Source of the DNA: Anaerohalosphaeraceae bacterium
Lineage (GTDB): Bacteria; Planctomycetota; Phycisphaerae; Sedimentisphaerales; Anaerohalosphaeraceae
Length of the DNA stretch: 64,000 bases
NCBI GenBank assembly: GCA_050309605.1
Contig: JBNRMN010000089.1
Coordinates: 1-64,000 of the forward strand
Direction of reading: 5' to 3'
Position 1 is the stretch's first letter. The number at the start of each line of letters is the position of its first letter. This document shows, in pieces, positions 59,161 through 64,000 of this stretch. The translations under genes and the position numbers were made by a program. The notes under the pieces are model-generated. The model saw only the letters and a program-made list of their open reading frames with translations. It searched no databases and was not told the DNA's origin.

Positions 59161-59375
59161 AGAGGCTTATTATACAAAAAACAAGCCCTCGAAAACCATA
59201 GAAAAAATACACCATTTATAGTCTTATTGTAGCGCAATTACCCTCTGGTTACGCGCAGCAACTCACCTCTTAGATGCCTAATTCCCTGATCTGTAACGTA
59301 TTAGGATTGACACACATCGGTGCACCGAGTACAATCATAATGGCTTATATGACTGTCGTAACAAACGGCCGACAG

Positions 59376-60200
59376 ATGGAAACACAATTAAAGATATTAA
59401 ATATCCTCAGAAAAGTAAGATGCCGACACGTGTTGTTTGCCGGCAATAAGACTGCCCCGCCGATGATGGCCTTTGCCGTTCATTTTCCGCGTCTGACCAT
59501 TCCCCTTACCGGAATTTATCATACCCAACTCGAGCAAAATCGCACAATCGTTGACCTTGCCCTCAGACCCGGCCAAGCCATCTTCATTCCGCCGAACTGC
59601 TGGGATAAGCCCGATATGAAGCACCGCTGCGAAACGCTGCATTTTCTGTTCGGTAAGCGCCACACGGGCATCAGCCTGGTCACAAGCGGTGCCGACGTCA
59701 AGGCCCTCAAAGTCGCGCTTTCCCACGCCATGGCCGGCCCGGAACAGCGTATCATTGACGCCATTCTGGAGCTGCAGCAACTGAATACCCATTTCGCCGC
59801 GTTTGATCACTTGGTCATGGCACTGCTGAGCTGTTATGAAAACCGGCTCACAAATTACGACGCGCCCATCCCGAAACATGCCAATATGCTGTTTCAGGAA
59901 ATCTGCGTTTATATCCAGGAAAATTTTCAGCAGGAAATCTCACGTGAATCCGTCGCCCGACAGTTCGATATCTCACCCAACCATCTCTCGCGCTTGTTCA
60001 AAACGAACGGCTATATGAAATTCTGTGATTATGTCAATTACGTCCGCATCAATCGCGCCAAATTTCTGCTGCGAAATTATGATTTGCCCCTTTATCACAT
60101 TGCCGCACGCTGCGGCTACAATGATGTGGTCTATTTTTGCCGAATTTTCAAAAAAATCACCAAAAAAACCACGAAACAATACCGATATCAGCTTCTCTGA
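59376..60200 (+). CDS. AraC family regulator (YijO/YpdC-like)
   Basis: HFPRLTIPLTG, IPPNCWDKP, ISPNHLSRLFK, CGYNDVVYFCRIFKK; divergent from the PTS operon; start uncertain. Confidence 0.92.
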   Translation: METQLKILNILRKVRCRHVLFAGNKTAPPMMAFAVHFPRLTIPLTGIYHTQLEQNRTIVDLALRPGQAIFIPPNCWDKPDMKHRCETLHFLFGKRHTGISLVTSGADVKALKVALSHAMAGPEQRIIDAILELQQLNTHFAAFDHLVMALLSCYENRLTNYDAPIPKHANMLFQEICVYIQENFQQEISRESVARQFDISPNHLSRLFKTNGYMKFCDYVNYVRINRAKFLLRNYDLPLYHIAARCGYNDVVYFCRIFKKITKKTTKQYRYQLL

Positions 60201-60385
60201 GCTGAAAGCACGGCACAAATCATTCGCTGAATCCCGCAGTCAACGTCATCTTTATGGAAAAGAAAAAGGTCTTTTTTGTGCACTTTTAGGTGTTACTGCT
60301 CTCCATGTTGCTGCGCTGGGCAACCATGGAGTACACTTGATAAGCCGAAATCAGCCTATTTTCGCATAATTTTGTAAAAAATGTA

Positions 60386-60413
60386 TTGACACCTTTTGAA
60401 AATGACCTATACT
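60386..60413 (+). promoter_or_regulatory. Promoter of rplM-rpsI
   Basis: TTGACA-16 bp-TATACT. Confidence 0.75.
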
Positions 60414-60454
60414 TTGCCCTTTTATAAAGGGAACTTTGGGAGTCGTACATCAAT

Positions 60455-60883
60455 ATGAAAAGCTATTTAGCCAAGAACAATGAAGTTGAACGCAAGTGGC
60501 GCGTCGTGGATGCCGATGGTCAGGTCCTCGGACGGCTGGCGGTCAAGGTCGCGATGGCCCTGATGGGCAAAGACAAGCCCGTCTATACGCCCCACGTGGA
60601 TACCGGTGATTTTGTCGTCATCGTCAACGCCGACAAGATCGTGCTGACGGGCAATAAAGCCGAACAGAAATTCCATCAGACCTACAGCCGTTATCCCGGC
60701 GGCCAGAAAATCTATTCCTACGCTCGAATGATGGAACGCCATCCCGATCGTCTGGTCAAGCTGGCTGTTAAGCGGATGCTGCCGAAAAACACGCTCGGCC
60801 ACAATATGTTCCGCAAACTGAAGGTCTATGCCGGCCCGGAACATCCGCATACCGCCCAGCAGCCCATCAAAATGGAACTGTAA
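60455..60883 (+). CDS. rplM: 50S ribosomal protein L13
   Basis: LGRLA, KPVYTPHVDTGD, MLPKN, KLKVYAG..HPH.AQQP. Confidence 0.99.
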   Translation: MKSYLAKNNEVERKWRVVDADGQVLGRLAVKVAMALMGKDKPVYTPHVDTGDFVVIVNADKIVLTGNKAEQKFHQTYSRYPGGQKIYSYARMMERHPDRLVKLAVKRMLPKNTLGHNMFRKLKVYAGPEHPHTAQQPIKMEL

Positions 60884-60925
60884 CGCAACAGAAACCCAAA
60901 GATACGTGCAGGAAACAAGACAAGT

Positions 60926-61411
60926 ATGACAGAACTGAATAACGAAAACCCTTTGATCGATCCGAATATTCTGAACAAAACCCCGGTCGCAGTGCCTGAC
61001 GCTCCGAAGGGAATTCCGGACAAAGGCGGTTTTATTTGGGGTACGGGCCGACGTAAAAGCAGTATCGCACGTGTCCGGATTCGTCCTGGTTCGGGTGCTT
61101 TGACCATCAACGGAAAAACCGTTGACGAGTATTTCAAGCTGCAAAAGGACCGCAACGCCGTTCGCGCGCCGTTGACCGCTGTGGGCGGCGGCGATCATCT
61201 GGATGTCTTCGTTCGGGTCGAAGGCGGCGGCACAACCGGTCAGGCCGGTGCTGTGATGCTGGGCATTGCACGTGCTTTGAAAAGCTATGATCCGACGCTC
61301 TTGCCGGCCCTGCGCGAGGGCGGCTATCTGACACGCGACAGCCGGATGGTTGAACGCAAAAAACCCGGCAAGCCCGGCGCTCGCCGAAGTTTCCAGTTCT
61401 CCAAACGTTAA
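60926..61411 (+). CDS. rpsI: 30S ribosomal protein S9
   Basis: GTGRRK, GGGTTGQAGA, LTRDSRMVERKKPG..ARRSFQFSKR. Confidence 0.99.
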   Translation: MTELNNENPLIDPNILNKTPVAVPDAPKGIPDKGGFIWGTGRRKSSIARVRIRPGSGALTINGKTVDEYFKLQKDRNAVRAPLTAVGGGDHLDVFVRVEGGGTTGQAGAVMLGIARALKSYDPTLLPALREGGYLTRDSRMVERKKPGKPGARRSFQFSKR

Positions 61412-61435
61412 ATACAATGGTCAGCAGAATCTTAC

Positions 61436-61460
61436 AGGGCGGCGAAAAACCGCCCTTTTT
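61436..61460 (+). terminator. Intrinsic terminator of rplM-rpsI
   Basis: AGGGCGG-loop-CCGCCCT followed by a T-run. Confidence 0.8.
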
Positions 61461-61515
61461 GTTGCGCACCGCCCCGTTATCCGGGCACACCTGAAAGCAC
61501 GAACCGATCCGGACA

Positions 61516-62925
61516 TCAGTCGATTTCCACCACATCCTGATACTGCGGCACCACGACGTCCCAGCCGGTATTCTCAACAAGATAGTCTTTGAAGGCATGG
61601 GCTGATTCTTTTTCGCCGTGCACAAGAAAGACCTTTCGCGGCGGGGTCTTGATGTGTTTGAGCCAGGCCAGGATTTCCCCCCGGTCGGCGTGAGCACTGA
61701 AGCCGTGCACCTGCACGACGTTGGCCTTGAGCGGATATGTCTGGCCCAGAATACGCACTTCAGGCGTTTTTTCAAGAATCAAACGCCCCAGCGTTCCCTT
61801 GGCCTGATAGCCGACAAACAGAATGGTGCTTTCCGGACGGGTGATATTGTTGACGAGATGATGTTTGACACGGCCGCCGGTACACATGCCTGAACCGGCG
61901 ATAATCATCACCGTACCGCGAATATGGTTAATCGCCTTGGATTCGGCAGTGGACTGGACGAGTTTGAGGCCGCGAAAACTGAACGGCGATTCATTCTGCA
62001 CGACCAATCGGGCCATCTCCTTGTCGTACAGTTCCGGATGGTTCTTGAAGACCTCAGTCACCTTGACGGCCATGGGACTGTCCAAAAACGTCATAATATG
62101 CGGGACGCGGTCTTCAATCAGCAGCTCATTCATATAATACAGCACTTCCTGACTGCGGCCGACGGAAAAACTGGGAACAATAATGTTGCCGCCGGCCTGA
62201 TGCGCATCATTAACGGCCTTACAGAGCTGCTCCTTGGTATCTTCGACGGATGAATGTGTTCGGTCGCCATACGTCGATTCAACCAGCAGATAATCGGCTT
62301 TCGTAAAGGTCGCCGGATCGCGAAGGATAGGTTTGTCGGTCCGTCCAAAATCACCCGTAAACAGAATGGTACGGCACTGGCCGTTACGACAGACATCGAC
62401 TTTAATCACGGCGGCGCCGAGAATATGCCCGGCGGTATAAAAAGCGGCCTCAATGCCGTCGCCGATTGGAACAACCTCCTTGAATTTGACCGGATGAAAT
62501 CGGTCGAAACAGGCCTCGGCCTCCTGCATCGTATAAAGCGGTTCGACCGGACGCGGTCCTTGACGGCCTTCCCGTTTATGCCGTTTACGCTTATATTCTG
62601 CATCTTCTTCCTGCAGTTTGCCGGCGTCGAGCAGCACAATCTTGGCAATCTCGGTCGTGGCTTCTGTAGCGTAAATGTTCCCCTTAAACCCTTCTTTGAC
62701 CAGTTTGGGAATCAATCCGCAGTGATCCAAATGAGCGTGCGTCAGCAAAATGGCATCCACGTCGGACGGCTCAACGCCGAAATCCTCCCAGTTGCGATAC
62801 TGATAGTCGCGTTCCTGGTACAGGCCGCAATCAATCATCACTTTGGAATGATTGAACTCCAGCACATGCCGGGAACCGGTAACATTTTCGGCTGCCCCCA
62901 AAAATCGCAATTTAATATCCATCAT
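61516..62925 (-). CDS. MBL-fold beta-CASP ribonuclease
   Basis: VTGS, LTHAHLDHCG, AGHILG, ESTYG, SGMCTGGR, FSAHAD, VHGE. Confidence 0.95.
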   Translation of the reverse strand: MMDIKLRFLGAAENVTGSRHVLEFNHSKVMIDCGLYQERDYQYRNWEDFGVEPSDVDAILLTHAHLDHCGLIPKLVKEGFKGNIYATEATTEIAKIVLLDAGKLQEEDAEYKRKRHKREGRQGPRPVEPLYTMQEAEACFDRFHPVKFKEVVPIGDGIEAAFYTAGHILGAAVIKVDVCRNGQCRTILFTGDFGRTDKPILRDPATFTKADYLLVESTYGDRTHSSVEDTKEQLCKAVNDAHQAGGNIIVPSFSVGRSQEVLYYMNELLIEDRVPHIMTFLDSPMAVKVTEVFKNHPELYDKEMARLVVQNESPFSFRGLKLVQSTAESKAINHIRGTVMIIAGSGMCTGGRVKHHLVNNITRPESTILFVGYQAKGTLGRLILEKTPEVRILGQTYPLKANVVQVHGFSAHADRGEILAWLKHIKTPPRKVFLVHGEKESAHAFKDYLVENTGWDVVVPQYQDVVEID

Positions 62926-62988
62926 ATCCCCTAAGAAATGCGATCACAAAATCGCTCATTTAATCTGTCATTTTGCATTATCCGGAGT

Positions 62989-64000
62989 TTATTGCACGCC
63001 GGGTTTGAGGAACAGATAGTACAACACCCCTTCCTCATAAACCTGCCCGGCCATCTGTCCGGCCTGGTCGCCGATGCCCATATACACATCGCAGCGTCCC
63101 GGTGCACGAATCGCACCGCCGGTATCCTGATCCAGCGCAAAGCCGGTATAGGGCGCTTTGGCAATCCTGCCGCCAATCGGACGGGGCAGGCGTGTCTTAA
63201 TCAGTGTTAAACCGCCGCGCGGATAGATGGCCTTGTCGGTGGCAATCGTTCGCATCGGAATAACCGGCTCATTCAGACTGCCGCGCGGGTCACCCTCATC
63301 TGTGCGGAAGAACACGTAACGCGGGTTCTGGTTGATATACCGGTCGATTTGATTCGGATGGGCCTTGAAATAATCAATCATTGCCTTAAGGCTCAGTCCC
63401 GAAGCCGGTACAATGCCGTCGTCGATCATTTTTCGACCGACGCTTTGATAGTCGTGCCCGTTGGTGGCCGCATAGCCGAGGGTGATCAACGTGCCGTCAG
63501 GCAGCCGGAGTTTGGCCGAGCCTTGCACATGGGCAATATACACCTCAAATGGGTCGGCCATCCAGGCAATCTCCTGACCCTCGAGCATTCCGGATTGTTC
63601 AATTTCCCGGCGCGACGGATACGGCACAACCGCGCCGCCGCCCATATCCCGTCCCAAAATCTCCCCTGTGGGGCCTTTAACCAAATCTTTCGGCTGGGCG
63701 TACAGCGGATAGCGATACGTCTCGGTTCGAGTCAGCGAGCCGTCAAAGATCGGCGTATAGTAGCCGGTGTACAAAACTGTCCCGCGGTCGTCGCAGCCGA
63801 CGGATTGGTAAAAATCAAACTTCTCCCGAATCGCTGCTTCCAACGGCCGTCCGACCAGCCCCTGATCGAGCAATCGGCCGAACGCCTTTAAGCTGGCCAC
63901 GGCGTGGTCGTGGGTAATGCCGTTGCTGGGGAAAAACTGACGGCTGGACGGCTTGGACAAATAGCTCAAACTGTGGTCAACCGCCCGTCTCAGCTCCATC
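62989..64000 (-). CDS. mltA: MltA family lytic transglycosylase (5' end outside window)
   Basis: TGYYTP, VQGSA, NPRYVFF, DQDTGGAI...RCDVYMG. Confidence 0.9.
   Translation of the reverse strand, partial: MELRRAVDHSLSYLSKPSSRQFFPSNGITHDHAVASLKAFGRLLDQGLVGRPLEAAIREKFDFYQSVGCDDRGTVLYTGYYTPIFDGSLTRTETYRYPLYAQPKDLVKGPTGEILGRDMGGGAVVPYPSRREIEQSGMLEGQEIAWMADPFEVYIAHVQGSAKLRLPDGTLITLGYAATNGHDYQSVGRKMIDDGIVPASGLSLKAMIDYFKAHPNQIDRYINQNPRYVFFRTDEGDPRGSLNEPVIPMRTIATDKAIYPRGGLTLIKTRLPRPIGGRIAKAPYTGFALDQDTGGAIRAPGRCDVYMGIGDQAGQMAGQVYEEGVLYYLFLKPGVQ

Noticed and set aside
60926..61030. N-terminal extension on ribosomal protein S9
   Set aside because: Variable N-terminal extensions on S9 are common; not informative.

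Overview
A 64 kb, mostly minus-strand chromosomal segment of an anaerobic, polysaccharide-degrading bacterium. By inference it is a planctomycete, probably Phycisphaerae/Sedimentisphaerales: it has dockerin-like 'GDLNxDCRVDxxDLxxLAxxWL' modules, an H-X9-DG prepilin-like protein, an ECF sigma/FecR-like pair and PFOR. In order, the window holds: (1) the right end of a probable IS66-family element; (2) an SDR resembling DEH reductases, ligA, a TSUP transporter, trpC, smpB and a STAS protein; (3) a secreted two-lobed aspartic protease with a dockerin-like tail; (4) a complete unsaturated-uronate catabolic cluster (IclR, GH105+DUF4861, kduI, kduD, kdgK, TRAP dctPQM, eda, pyk) beside PFOR; (5) MATE, a GH43 arabinanase, acpS, a SurA-like PPIase and mgtE with a candidate leader peptide; (6) a rearranged hpf-EIIA-HPr-EI-DUF2344-RNase G-kdsD-kdsC operon ending in a 966-aa LptC/LptA-like protein; (7) an ~18 kb accessory block with AraC, a fructose-family PTS (EIIC, EIIB, HPr-EI-EIIA fusion), GH76, ECF sigma, FecR-NPCBM anti-sigma, two dockerin-bearing surface proteins sharing a discoidin-like module (one a 2008-aa CotH kinase) and a prepilin-like protein; (8) rplM-rpsI, a beta-CASP nuclease and a partial mltA. 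The best candidates for new biology are block 7, the giant Lpt-like protein and the mgtE leader. All family calls come from motif recognition by eye; no searches were run.
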